64,000 bases of DNA from Methanomassiliicoccales archaeon. Lineage in GTDB: Archaea; Thermoplasmatota; Thermoplasmata; Methanomassiliicoccales; UBA472. Below are positions 35,580 to 43,681 of this stretch, one piece after another (the stretch's first letter is position 1; every line of letters starts with the position of its first letter). A program made the translations under genes and the position numbers. Location: contig DAONGL010000001.1 of assembly GCA_035404085.1 (NCBI GenBank), forward strand, positions 42,195 to 106,194, in the 5' to 3' direction. Below the pieces are notes generated by a model. It was given only the letters and a program-made list of their open reading frames with translations. It made no database searches and was not told the origin of the DNA.

Positions 35580-36052
35580 CAGCGCACCTCCTTCAAGAGA
35601 TCATGCGAGCTCTGCAGTTCCAACGGGATCTCCAGATACGGTCGCGAAGCGTTCTGTAGCGATTCGATGTACAGGTAGAAGATATGGTTGACCTTGACCT
35701 TGCCCGCGCCGATTATCGTGCCCAGCACGGTGGCCTTGGTGCCCGGCGTAACGTCGACAGCCACTATGTTGCCCTTACCCTTCTCCGCGGCGACGATATC
35801 GTTGACCGTCTGTCCGATCTGTTTGATGTCATCCCCCGGAACGTCCACCAGCTCCACATCCGCCGGGGAGCCGTGCTCTTTGAGCAAGACTATCAGCATG
35901 TCCCTGGCCATCTGGCCTTGGGCTGCTTCACAGCCTGCGGTCAACACGTACACCTTGTCCGGAAGGTAATCGAACTGGCGGATGTTGGACCAGACGGAGT
36001 TGAACAATCCCCAGAAGCTCCGTCCCATCATGGTCAGCAGGACCTTGCCCAT
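35579..36052 (-). CDS. stand-alone Rossmann-like protein with CARF-like motifs
   Basis: 157 aa: KVLLTMMGRSFWGLFNSVW (strand-Gly-x-Ser-helix) and IVAVDVTPGTKATVLG (D-x-T-x-G-T-K) resemble the two ligand-pocket motifs of CARF domains. No effector or HTH domain is present. The assignment is tentative. Confidence 0.5.
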   Translation of the reverse strand: MGKVLLTMMGRSFWGLFNSVWSNIRQFDYLPDKVYVLTAGCEAAQGQMARDMLIVLLKEHGSPADVELVDVPGDDIKQIGQTVNDIVAAEKGKGNIVAVDVTPGTKATVLGTIIGAGKVKVNHIFYLYIESLQNASRPYLEIPLELQSSHDLLKEVR

Positions 36053-36133
36053 GCCCTAGCCATGGTGATGGGGAATTAATCATCCTTTCCCTAAAGAATA
36101 AAAAAAACATCCGGAACGGCCATAAAAAGGTGA

Positions 36134-36141
36134 TAAAAAAA
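36134..36141 (-). terminator. oligo-T tract downstream of the secreted-protein gene
   Basis: On the minus strand, a T8 run begins 14 nt after the stop at 36155. A second T-run lies at 36099-36107. Archaeal termination commonly uses such tracts. Confidence 0.4.
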
Positions 36142-36154
36142 GAATGAAAGGGGT

Positions 36155-36772
36155 TTATGCTTCGCAGACCGGCATCTCGAGGAATTCCGGCAGCCAGAGC
36201 TTGAAGTGCATCTGCCCGTTCACATAGTGCAGCAGGAGATGGGCCTTCAGGTCCAAGTTGAAGTCCAGCGGCAGCGAGGATATCTCCCCGTTGACATGGG
36301 CGTTGATGATGGCCGATCCGATGCCTCCGTCGTAGATGATGACGTGGGCCATTATCTGAAGGTTCTTGATCTCCAGGGCCAGCACCTGCTCTCCGTCAAT
36401 GAATATGGTGATGTCCCCGTGCCAGAACGCCTGTAGCTTCACATCCAGGCTGTCCTTCTTCTCCCAGGTCTTCAGGTTTACATGGACCATTCCGTCCAAG
36501 GCCACGGTTATGACCTCATCGTCCCACTCCTCTACCAATCTCAGCAGGCAGGGGTGCTCTTCCGCGATCCTCTCCAGGTCCTCCGGCGGGATCATTTCCA
36601 GGAGCGCGTCCAGGTCTCCCCGCTCAATATCAAAGGCCACGTCGATCTTCTCGGTGATCACGACATCCGCGACCTTGCCGGCAGCGGAGGTCGTAGGGGC
36701 GCTCAAACAAAAGGCGCCCAGCATCGCAAATGCCATCACGATAGCTAGAACTGTCCTTAGCATGTGTTTCAT
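36155..36772 (-). CDS. secreted/exported hypothetical protein
   Basis: 205 aa with an N-terminal signal-like segment (MKHMLRTVLAIVMAFAMLGAFCLSAPTTSAAG). The remainder is acidic and beta-rich, with no family recognised. Confidence 0.6.
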   Translation of the reverse strand: MKHMLRTVLAIVMAFAMLGAFCLSAPTTSAAGKVADVVITEKIDVAFDIERGDLDALLEMIPPEDLERIAEEHPCLLRLVEEWDDEVITVALDGMVHVNLKTWEKKDSLDVKLQAFWHGDITIFIDGEQVLALEIKNLQIMAHVIIYDGGIGSAIINAHVNGEISSLPLDFNLDLKAHLLLHYVNGQMHFKLWLPEFLEMPVCEA

Positions 36773-36846
36773 TAGGTCCCCCCTAGGGACTCGGGTCCCC
36801 GGTGATATTCACTTGAGATTGGCGCTTTAAATAATCTGCGGCCCGG

Positions 36847-37782
36847 TCAACCCAGTATGCGGCGTATGGCCGCCTGGGTTTCCTGCGGGGTGGCGGTGGT
36901 GTTCACCAGATGGACCCTCGATTGGGACAGGAACTTGCGGAAGAACGTCTCCCGGAGCTTCATCTTCCGCTCGTCTCGCACCATCTGGTGGGGGTTGCAA
37001 AGGTCGTTCGCCGATAGGTACTCCCAGGCCTCCTCTGATGTTAGCTCCCTCACCAGTCGAGCATCGCTCTTGTCGCGCTTGAGCATGACCACTTCGTGAA
37101 TGGTGGTCAAGGGGACGACTGAACCTTTACCGGTGACCCATCGAACGTTCACGACCGCCCTCTGGCGGTTGTCGAACTTGGCCTTCTCCACCAGTTCGCG
37201 GTACTCGTCCCATATGCTCCCGATGTCCGCGTCGATGTAGCAGTTCTTCTCAGAGCCGTAGGCCACCGGTCGCCTCTCCGACAGACGGACGAAGTACCAG
37301 TCATCGGTGACCAGCCGGGCGTTCTTGTCTCTCAGTAGGCCCCAGGAGTGGGTGGTCTTGCCGGTCTTCGACGGGGCGATGAGCGTTATCCCCTTTCCGT
37401 TTATGTCCAGGGCGGCGCCGTGCACCGAATGGATCTGGTGCTCGTCCTCCAGTATGTCACCGGCCAGAGCCAACGCCACGCTCTTGATCCACCCGTAATA
37501 GTCGAAGTTGAACAGGAAGGCCGTCTTGGTGTTGGGTTCAAAGAGCACTTCCAGGGGTCGTCCCGGATCGTCCAGGCAGATCACCCGGCCATGGGAGCGA
37601 ACCGTTTCGGACATGGAGTAGAAGTTGTCCTCCCACATGTCCTTGATATGGTCGTTCAGCGTGTACAGTTTGACACAACAGCCGCTGATGTCCGCTTTGG
37701 CGGTGTGGAACGGGAACGAGGAATACTTCTCGTACAGGGCGTCCTTCTCCTCATACGATATCAATTTCACCGGGTAGCTCAT
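36847..37782 (-). CDS. HPr kinase/phosphorylase C-terminal-domain-like P-loop protein (HprK-related)
   Basis: 311 aa: VHGAALDINGKGITLIAPSKTGKTTHSWGLL...ARLVTDDWYFV parallels the HprK pattern HG.L..i.G.GvLi.G.SG.GKS......L......LV.DD. Confidence 0.7.
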   Translation of the reverse strand: MSYPVKLISYEEKDALYEKYSSFPFHTAKADISGCCVKLYTLNDHIKDMWEDNFYSMSETVRSHGRVICLDDPGRPLEVLFEPNTKTAFLFNFDYYGWIKSVALALAGDILEDEHQIHSVHGAALDINGKGITLIAPSKTGKTTHSWGLLRDKNARLVTDDWYFVRLSERRPVAYGSEKNCYIDADIGSIWDEYRELVEKAKFDNRQRAVVNVRWVTGKGSVVPLTTIHEVVMLKRDKSDARLVRELTSEEAWEYLSANDLCNPHQMVRDERKMKLRETFFRKFLSQSRVHLVNTTATPQETQAAIRRILG

Positions 37783-37797
37783 GGGCAGTGGAAGGCG

Positions 37798-39453
37798 TTA
37801 CTGGCAATTCAAGCTAACGCCGTTCCCGTTCACGCCGGCCCTCATCAGCTTGTATTCGATGCTGTCTATGAGCGCCATGAGCGAGGCTTCGATGATGTTG
37901 CCCGAAACACCGATGGTGGTCCAGGTCTGGTTACCATCGGTCGAGGTTATGAGGACGCGCACCTTGGCCGCCGTAGCGTCCTTTCCATCTATGACCCTTA
38001 CCTTGTAATCGATCAGTCGAACTTCCTTGAGCACCGGGTAGAAGCGCTCCAACGCCTTGCGCAAAGCCCGGTCCAGAGCGTTCACTGGCCCGTTTCCATC
38101 GGCGGCGGTATGCTCCATCGTACCGTCGGAATCCACCACTCGTACCGAGGCCTCGGACGTCATCACGTCCCCGGTGACGTCCATGAAGGTACGGAAACCA
38201 TCCAATCGGAACGGGGAGGTGTTCTCTCCCTTCAGCTTGCGTATCAGCAGTTCCAGGCTGGCCTCGGCCGCCTCATAATGGAAGCCTTCCGCCTCCCGGC
38301 GCTTCATCAGCTCCAGGATCGATCGTCCGCCATCCTTCTCGGTGTCTATGCCCATCTCCCCGGCCTTGGCCATGATGTTGGATACGCCGGAAAGTTCGGA
38401 AACGAGTATGCGACGCAGATTGCCGACCAGTTCCGGCTCCACATGCTCGTACGTGCGGGAGTCCTTCAGCACCGCGCTGACATGTATTCCGCCCTTATGA
38501 GCGAAGGCGCTCTTACCCACGTAGGGAGCTCTAGGATCGGGAGATACGTTAGCCATCTCGGCCACGAAGTTAGAGAGCTTGGAAAGCTGGTCTAGGTTCT
38601 TTACCCCGGTCTCGACTTTCATCTTGAGCATGAGGTTGGGGATGACCGAGCACAGGTTGGCGTTGCCGCAGCGTTCTCCCAGTCCGTTGATGGTCCCCTG
38701 CACCATGGACGCCCCGGCCTCCACGGCCGCCAGTGAGTTTCCGACCGCCAGTTCGCCGTCGTTATGGGCATGAACGCCGATCGGCACCTTCATCTCTTGG
38801 CGCACCTGAGAGACGACCTTCCCGACCAGGCTGGGAAAAGCTCCTCCGTTGGTATCGCACAGGCAGATCCATTCCGCCCCGGCGTCCTCCGCCTCATGGA
38901 GCACCTTCATGGCGTAATCGGGATTGTCACGGTAACCGTCAAAGAAGTGTTCGGCATCGAATATCACGTGCCGCCCTTTCTTCCTGAGAAATGCGACGGT
39001 ATCATGCACGATGCGTAGATTGTCGTCCAAGGACACCTGTAAGGCTTTCTCCACGTGCAGGTCCCAGGACTTGCCGAACACGCTGACCCATTCGGTCTTG
39101 GTTTCGACCAAGGCTTCCATGCCCTTGTCCTCTTCCGGACGTACTCCAGGACGATGCGTGGCGCCGAAAGCCACCAGCTTACCGTTCTTCAGCTTGACCT
39201 TCTGGGCCGCTTTAAAGAACGCCTTGTCCTTGGGATTGGAGGCCGGATAACCGCCTTCGATGAAATCAATGCCGAAGGCGTCCAGACGTTCCAGGATCTT
39301 CAGCTTGTCCTCGGTGGAGAAAGAGACTCCCTCGGTCTGCGCGCCATCCCTCAAAGTGGTGTCAAATATGCTAGCCCTGGCGGGCAATAAATAAATCCCA
39401 CCCGTTGTTTGATTTTGACATTGAGATACCTCAGGTAAGGTATGCTTTATCAT
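37798..39453 (-). CDS. cimA: (R)-citramalate synthase / 2-isopropylmalate synthase family (long CimA type with LeuA-dimer domain)
   Basis: 551 aa: IFDTTLRDGAQTEGVSFS, GVHAHNDGELAVGNSLAAVEAGA, the HMGL-like TIM barrel, and a C-terminal regulatory domain. It lies next to hom. Confidence 0.85.
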   Translation of the reverse strand: MIKHTLPEVSQCQNQTTGGIYLLPARASIFDTTLRDGAQTEGVSFSTEDKLKILERLDAFGIDFIEGGYPASNPKDKAFFKAAQKVKLKNGKLVAFGATHRPGVRPEEDKGMEALVETKTEWVSVFGKSWDLHVEKALQVSLDDNLRIVHDTVAFLRKKGRHVIFDAEHFFDGYRDNPDYAMKVLHEAEDAGAEWICLCDTNGGAFPSLVGKVVSQVRQEMKVPIGVHAHNDGELAVGNSLAAVEAGASMVQGTINGLGERCGNANLCSVIPNLMLKMKVETGVKNLDQLSKLSNFVAEMANVSPDPRAPYVGKSAFAHKGGIHVSAVLKDSRTYEHVEPELVGNLRRILVSELSGVSNIMAKAGEMGIDTEKDGGRSILELMKRREAEGFHYEAAEASLELLIRKLKGENTSPFRLDGFRTFMDVTGDVMTSEASVRVVDSDGTMEHTAADGNGPVNALDRALRKALERFYPVLKEVRLIDYKVRVIDGKDATAAKVRVLITSTDGNQTWTTIGVSGNIIEASLMALIDSIEYKLMRAGVNGNGVSLNCQ

Positions 39454-39461
39454 GGCACGAC

Positions 39462-40484
39462 CTATTTAACCTTGCCGTTAGAAAGGCAGGTGTTCCTCTT
39501 CAGCAGGCTGACCAGATCGCTCATTATCGCGCTGGCCGTCTCCTTTCTTCCCGCGCCCCGTCCGGTGACGGTTATCGCCCCCGCCAGGTCGGTGTGCATG
39601 TGCAGCACGTTGAGCGTGCCGGATATGGAGAGCGGATGTCCCATCGGGACCATGCGCGGTGATACTTCGACCCCACCGCCATTGACCTCTCCTATGAGCC
39701 TGATGACCTTTTTCTCCTTGGTCGCCAGCTCCACAGCTTCCTGGGTGATGCGGCGGATGCCGGTACGCCGAACATCGTGATAGGTAACGTCCAGGCCCAT
39801 GATGGCGTTGGCCAGGATAGCCAACTTGCTGGCGCTGTCGATGCCGTCGATATCGTAGCTGGGGTCCGTCTCCGCGTAACCCATCTCCTGCGCTTCCTTG
39901 AGCACATACTCGAACGGCAGGCCCTCCTCGCCCATGCGGGAGAGTATGAAGTTGCACGTTCCGTTCAGAATGCCCTTCATGGACTCCACCTTCTCGGCCA
40001 TGAGCAGCTCCCTGGACAGATTGATGATCGGGGTGGCGCCGCCGACGGTGGCTTCGAAACGGAGCTCCACACCGTTCTTCTTGGACAGGTCGTCAAGCGT
40101 CCTGTACTTCAAGGCGAGGGGTCCTTTATTGGAAGTGACCACGTCATGGCCGCACTCCAGAGCGGTACGGATGTTGGTGTACCCTGGCTCAGCGTTCTCG
40201 ATGTTGGTAGGGGTCATCTCCACCAGGACATCGTAATCCAGCTCGCGCAGCATCTCGGCCACGCTCTTTGGTCTGGTCTTCCCCAATCCTTTTCCGGATT
40301 GTTTCTTGGACACCAGTTCCAGGGGCTTCAGCCCCTTGGGGTCCATGGCGTAGGTCATGGAGTCGAAGGCGGCCACTATCTTCAGGTCCGTTCCGAACCG
40401 GTCGAACACGAAGTCCTTCTTCATGGCCACCGCCTCGGCGACTCCCTGGCCAACGGTGCCGAATCCTACCAGCGCAAGGCGCAT
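39462..40484 (-). CDS. hom: homoserine dehydrogenase
   Basis: 340 aa: MRLALVGFGTVGQGV (NAD-binding), VVTSNKGPLA, LNGTCNFILSRM, and AETDPSYDIDGIDSASKLAILAN. Confidence 0.9.
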   Translation of the reverse strand: MRLALVGFGTVGQGVAEAVAMKKDFVFDRFGTDLKIVAAFDSMTYAMDPKGLKPLELVSKKQSGKGLGKTRPKSVAEMLRELDYDVLVEMTPTNIENAEPGYTNIRTALECGHDVVTSNKGPLALKYRTLDDLSKKNGVELRFEATVGGATPIINLSRELLMAEKVESMKGILNGTCNFILSRMGEEGLPFEYVLKEAQEMGYAETDPSYDIDGIDSASKLAILANAIMGLDVTYHDVRRTGIRRITQEAVELATKEKKVIRLIGEVNGGGVEVSPRMVPMGHPLSISGTLNVLHMHTDLAGAITVTGRGAGRKETASAIMSDLVSLLKRNTCLSNGKVK

Positions 40485-40485
40485 G

Positions 40486-40983
40486 TCACACCCCCATCCC
40501 GCGGACCAGGAGGAAATCGTTCCGTTTGCTTCTGGTCATGAGATAATCGTCGATATCCTTGATCTTCTCCTTGTTCCGGAGGCTGACCAGGAGCAGCACT
40601 GATTTATTGGCGGTGCTGGTCGAAAGTGAATATTGAAGGTCGATGGTCTCCACTCCTTCCATCTTCTCTATGCCCTCGGTGATGGCCCGCAGGGTGGAAT
40701 GGGCGAGATTTCCGACCATGAGGTACTCGGCCGGGTAGGTGCGTACGATCTCACCCATCTTGACGACCTCCACGCCCCTCTCCTTCCAGGCGGAGAATAT
40801 GGCTTCCAGGGACCTCTGGTCCTTGTGCTCGAAAGTGACGTTGACGGATATGCGTCCTCCGGTGACCAGGTCATGGTTGTGCACCACCCCCACTATGTTC
40901 CCTTCGTTGATCGATATCGGCTCCAGGGCTTTGATTAACTGCCCCGGCACATCCTTCAAGCGCAGATCCACGTTGACCCTCAT
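40486..40983 (-). CDS. ACT-domain protein upstream of hom
   Basis: 165 aa beginning MRVNVDLRLKDVPGQLIKALEPIS..GNI (ACT-like beta-alpha-beta). It is 1 nt from the hom start, an arrangement common in archaea. Confidence 0.7.
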   Translation of the reverse strand: MRVNVDLRLKDVPGQLIKALEPISINEGNIVGVVHNHDLVTGGRISVNVTFEHKDQRSLEAIFSAWKERGVEVVKMGEIVRTYPAEYLMVGNLAHSTLRAITEGIEKMEGVETIDLQYSLSTSTANKSVLLLVSLRNKEKIKDIDDYLMTRSKRNDFLLVRGMGV

Positions 40984-41103
40984 CTGGTCATCACCTCAAT
41001 ATGTGGGCAAATTGCCAATCGGCGGTGCCCGGCCACATATATGGGTTCGATTATGTAATGCTTTCAATCCACAGTGTCCGAGGCTGGAAATATGAACGAA
41101 GAA

Positions 41104-41204
41104 TGGCGCCGAGGGGGAGATTTGAACTCCCGAGGCGTTGCCGCCACGAGCTAGCTGGCGGAAATTTTCCAGGCTCGCGCCTTACCGGTCTGGGCCACCT
41201 CGGC
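41104..41204 (-). tRNA. tRNA-Ser (GGA) with short (~14-nt) intron; CCA encoded
   Basis: Hand-folded on the reverse complement. Acceptor is GCCGAGG/CCTCGGC, with a 3-bp D stem GCC/GGC, and anticodon stem CGAGC/GCTCG with loop CTGGAA[intron]A. The long variable arm is TGGCGGCAACGCC, T arm GGGAG-TTCAAAT-CTCCC, and discriminator G followed by CCA. Confidence 0.75.
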
Positions 41205-41254
41205 ACTCCTGCGGCGATAACCGTGGGCTCATTTAAAACTATTTGCCATGTCCA

Positions 41255-42037
41255 TTATCGCAGACCGCCCAGCGAGTCCCTGATGGTCGGACGGGCCCTC
41301 CTGGCCGGCTCGGTCTGGAGCATGTCCACATCGACGACATCCACCGATTCCCGCAGGTAAGGGAGCTTAGCCAAGAGCCGTCCACGGGCGTCGTAGGCCT
41401 GGCTTCCCCCGAAGTAAACCATGTTCTGCTGGTTCCCCACGTTGTTCACGTAGGCGATCGGACAGGTGTTCTCCACGGCTCGGGCAGGGATGATCTTCTC
41501 GAAGGGCATCCTGGAAGTTACCGGTGAGGCGGCGATGCAGAGCAGAAGGTCCGCTCCTTGCATGGCGTAGGCCTTGCATATCTCCGGGAAGAAGAGGTCG
41601 TAGCATATGCACACCCCAACGCCTCGGCCGCGGAAACTGAACATGGCCGGCGATTGTCCAGGTGTGAAGTATAGCCCCTCTTCGAACGGTCCGAAGTTGG
41701 CCGGGTGAAGTTTATCGTAACGCTGCACGCGTCCGTCCGACGTCACCATAACGGCGCTATTGGTGATCAGTCCGTGAACGCATGGATCGTTCAAAGGCAT
41801 CCCGAACACCACCGCCTTGCCGGTGCGGTCCGCCAGATCCAGCACGAAGTTCACGGAATCTCCGTCAATGTCCTCAGCCAGGGTGATGAAGCGGTCCCGG
41901 ACCATGTATCCAGTGACATAGGTCTCCGGAAAGACGAACAGGTCGGCGTCCGTCCCCTCCACGGTCTCGACCATTCTCTGAAGGTTCCTCTCCTTGTCGC
42001 CGACCGCGCTCCTGAGCTGGCAAAGGGCCAATCGCAT
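41255..42037 (-). CDS. carbon-nitrogen hydrolase (nitrilase superfamily)
   Basis: The Glu-Lys-Cys triad contexts are LFVFPETYVTGY, RYDKLHP and VCICYDLFFPE. It starts at MRLALCQL (42037), with an alternative ATG at 42049. Confidence 0.85.
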   Translation of the reverse strand: MRLALCQLRSAVGDKERNLQRMVETVEGTDADLFVFPETYVTGYMVRDRFITLAEDIDGDSVNFVLDLADRTGKAVVFGMPLNDPCVHGLITNSAVMVTSDGRVQRYDKLHPANFGPFEEGLYFTPGQSPAMFSFRGRGVGVCICYDLFFPEICKAYAMQGADLLLCIAASPVTSRMPFEKIIPARAVENTCPIAYVNNVGNQQNMVYFGGSQAYDARGRLLAKLPYLRESVDVVDVDMLQTEPARRARPTIRDSLGGLR

Positions 42038-42116
42038 GAGGTGTAGCATTGAGGCGAACGGTATTCAACCTTTGCCAGAAAGACAATTATTAAACGGGAG
42101 GGCATTATCCTATTCG

Positions 42117-42914
42117 ATGCCGCAGCTGAAGGAGCTCACCGTGGAGACGATACAGGAGTTCATCCAGACCCAGTTTAAAGAGTCCGGCGCTTCTGGCGTG
42201 GTGGTGGGCCTTTCCGGCGGCATCGATTCGGCCGTGGTGACCAAGCTCTGCGTGGACGCCATCGGGGCGGACAAGGTGCTTAACGTCTTTCTGCCCTCGC
42301 CAAGCACGCCCAAGCAGGACCTTCAGGACGTTCAGGATATGAGCAAGGCCTGGGGCACGACGTTGCTGGTCTACGATATAGGGCAGCTGCTGAAGGCGTA
42401 TCACAAGATCATGCCTGGGTCGGACGGCAAGGAGGTCTCCGGGAACCTCATGGCCCGCATACGCATGACGATACTGTACGCGCACGCCAATCTGGATTGG
42501 CGATTGGTCATGGGCACCGGGAACAAGTCCGAGCTGCTCATGGGCTACTTCACCAAGTACGGCGATGGCGGAGCCGACCTTTTACCGATAGGTGACCTAT
42601 ATAAGACGGAAGTTCGGGAGCTGGCTCGGGCCATCGGAATCCCGGAGAGGATAATCGATAAGGAGCCTTCCGCCGGACTGTGGGAAGGTCAGACCGACGA
42701 ATCGGAGATGGGCATCGCCTACGACGATCTAGACCTGGTGCTTTCCGGTCTGGAGGACCAGCAGTCCTTGGACTTCATCTCCAGGAAGACCGGGGTGCCC
42801 ATGGCCCTGGTGGAGATGGTGGCCTCAAAGAACGCCATGTCAAGGCACAAGAGGCGTCTGGCGCTCATACCAAAGCTAGGCAACCGGACCATCGGTTGCG
42901 ACTGGCGTGAGTGA
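42117..42914 (+). CDS. nadE: NAD+ synthetase (single-domain NadE)
   Basis: The track ORF is trimmed to ATG 42117 (MPQLKELTVETIQEFIQ). It has the PP-loop VVGLSGGIDSAV, then GTGNKSELLMGYFTKYGDGGADLLPIGDLYKTEV. Confidence 0.9.
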   Translation: MPQLKELTVETIQEFIQTQFKESGASGVVVGLSGGIDSAVVTKLCVDAIGADKVLNVFLPSPSTPKQDLQDVQDMSKAWGTTLLVYDIGQLLKAYHKIMPGSDGKEVSGNLMARIRMTILYAHANLDWRLVMGTGNKSELLMGYFTKYGDGGADLLPIGDLYKTEVRELARAIGIPERIIDKEPSAGLWEGQTDESEMGIAYDDLDLVLSGLEDQQSLDFISRKTGVPMALVEMVASKNAMSRHKRRLALIPKLGNRTIGCDWRE

Positions 42915-43394
42915 TCACAGCGATCTGGTGACCTCGGCCACGAAGCGGTCCGGGTCAGATACGTCGAATATCACCACGTCCACCCTCTTCCAGAAGGCCG
43001 CTGGGACTCGTACGACACTTTTCATCTCCAGTCGAATTCCATTGACCTTGCTGTCGGTCATGACCAGGGTACGGTTGAAGGCATCGAGCAGAACGCCTTC
43101 CTTGACCTCTATGCGTTCCAATCGCTGCAACCGCTTGACCTGGTCCAAAGGTATTACCACCTTGGAGTGCCAGCCCTGCCGGAGAACGATCTTACCATCG
43201 ATGACCTCGTGCATGGTCAGCAGAGGCGACACTCCGATCACCAGGACAGTTATCACCAACAGGGCGCCCATCACCACGACGAACAACAACCGTTCGTGGG
43301 GAAGGAACGCTAGGATGATCATCAGCCACATCGCCATGATGGCCCACAGGACCAGATTGACGAATGCCGGCCGCCGGTCGTGCTCGAACTGCAT
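42915..43394 (-). CDS. small membrane protein with PH-like soluble domain
   Basis: 159 aa with two N-terminal TM helices followed by a beta-rich segment (IDGKIVLRQGWHSKVVIPLDQV...). It is weakly reminiscent of bPH/DUF304 proteins. Confidence 0.55.
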   Translation of the reverse strand: MQFEHDRRPAFVNLVLWAIMAMWLMIILAFLPHERLLFVVVMGALLVITVLVIGVSPLLTMHEVIDGKIVLRQGWHSKVVIPLDQVKRLQRLERIEVKEGVLLDAFNRTLVMTDSKVNGIRLEMKSVVRVPAAFWKRVDVVIFDVSDPDRFVAEVTRSL

Positions 43395-43489
43395 GATGAA
43401 AAAGATAGGTGGCAGGGGGATTATTATTGCTTCCTTTTCCCAGCCATCCGCAAGGTTTAATTATGGCCATTTAATTGGGGACGATACAC

Positions 43490-43564
43490 GCTCCCGTAGT
43501 GTAGTCCGGCCAATCATGAAGCCCTCTCGAGGCTTCGACTCGGGTTCAAATCCCGACGGGAGCA
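43490..43564 (+). tRNA. tRNA-Glu (CTC); CCA encoded at 43565-43567
   Basis: Hand-folded. Acceptor is GCTCCCG/CGGGAGC, with the GTAGTCCGGCCAATCAT D region typical of archaeal tRNA-Glu, and anticodon stem AAGCC/GGCTT with loop CTCTCGA. The T loop is TTCAAAT, with discriminator A then CCA. Confidence 0.9.
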
Positions 43565-43681
43565 CCAGTCTCTTCTACTAGGGTCTCAACGAACTCGGTC
43601 ATTATTTGTTCTAGTGGTCTGGAAGCAAGGGTCATCGCCCACCAATTACACATACACAAGGAAGGTCCGGCTAATCGGCGT

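Noticed and set aside
36053-36154. GTGATGG / ATGA-like sequences suggesting an intergenic box C/D sRNA
   Set aside because: There is no properly spaced C/D'/C'/D arrangement and no terminal stem. The region is better explained as T-tract terminators for the upstream gene plus an AT-rich promoter for the CARF-like/PIN operon.
33342-37900. Direct repeat of the tRNA-Trp 3' end marking an integrated element
   Set aside because: I looked for GGGTTCAAATCCCAGTGCCCCCA-like segments downstream and found none. The only similar TTCAAATCCC strings belong to genuine tRNA-Ala and tRNA-Glu T-arms elsewhere.
37348-38595. 415-aa plus-strand ORF
   Set aside because: It is antisense to the HprK-like gene and cimA, both of which have strong family motifs. 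This is typical shadow-ORF composition.
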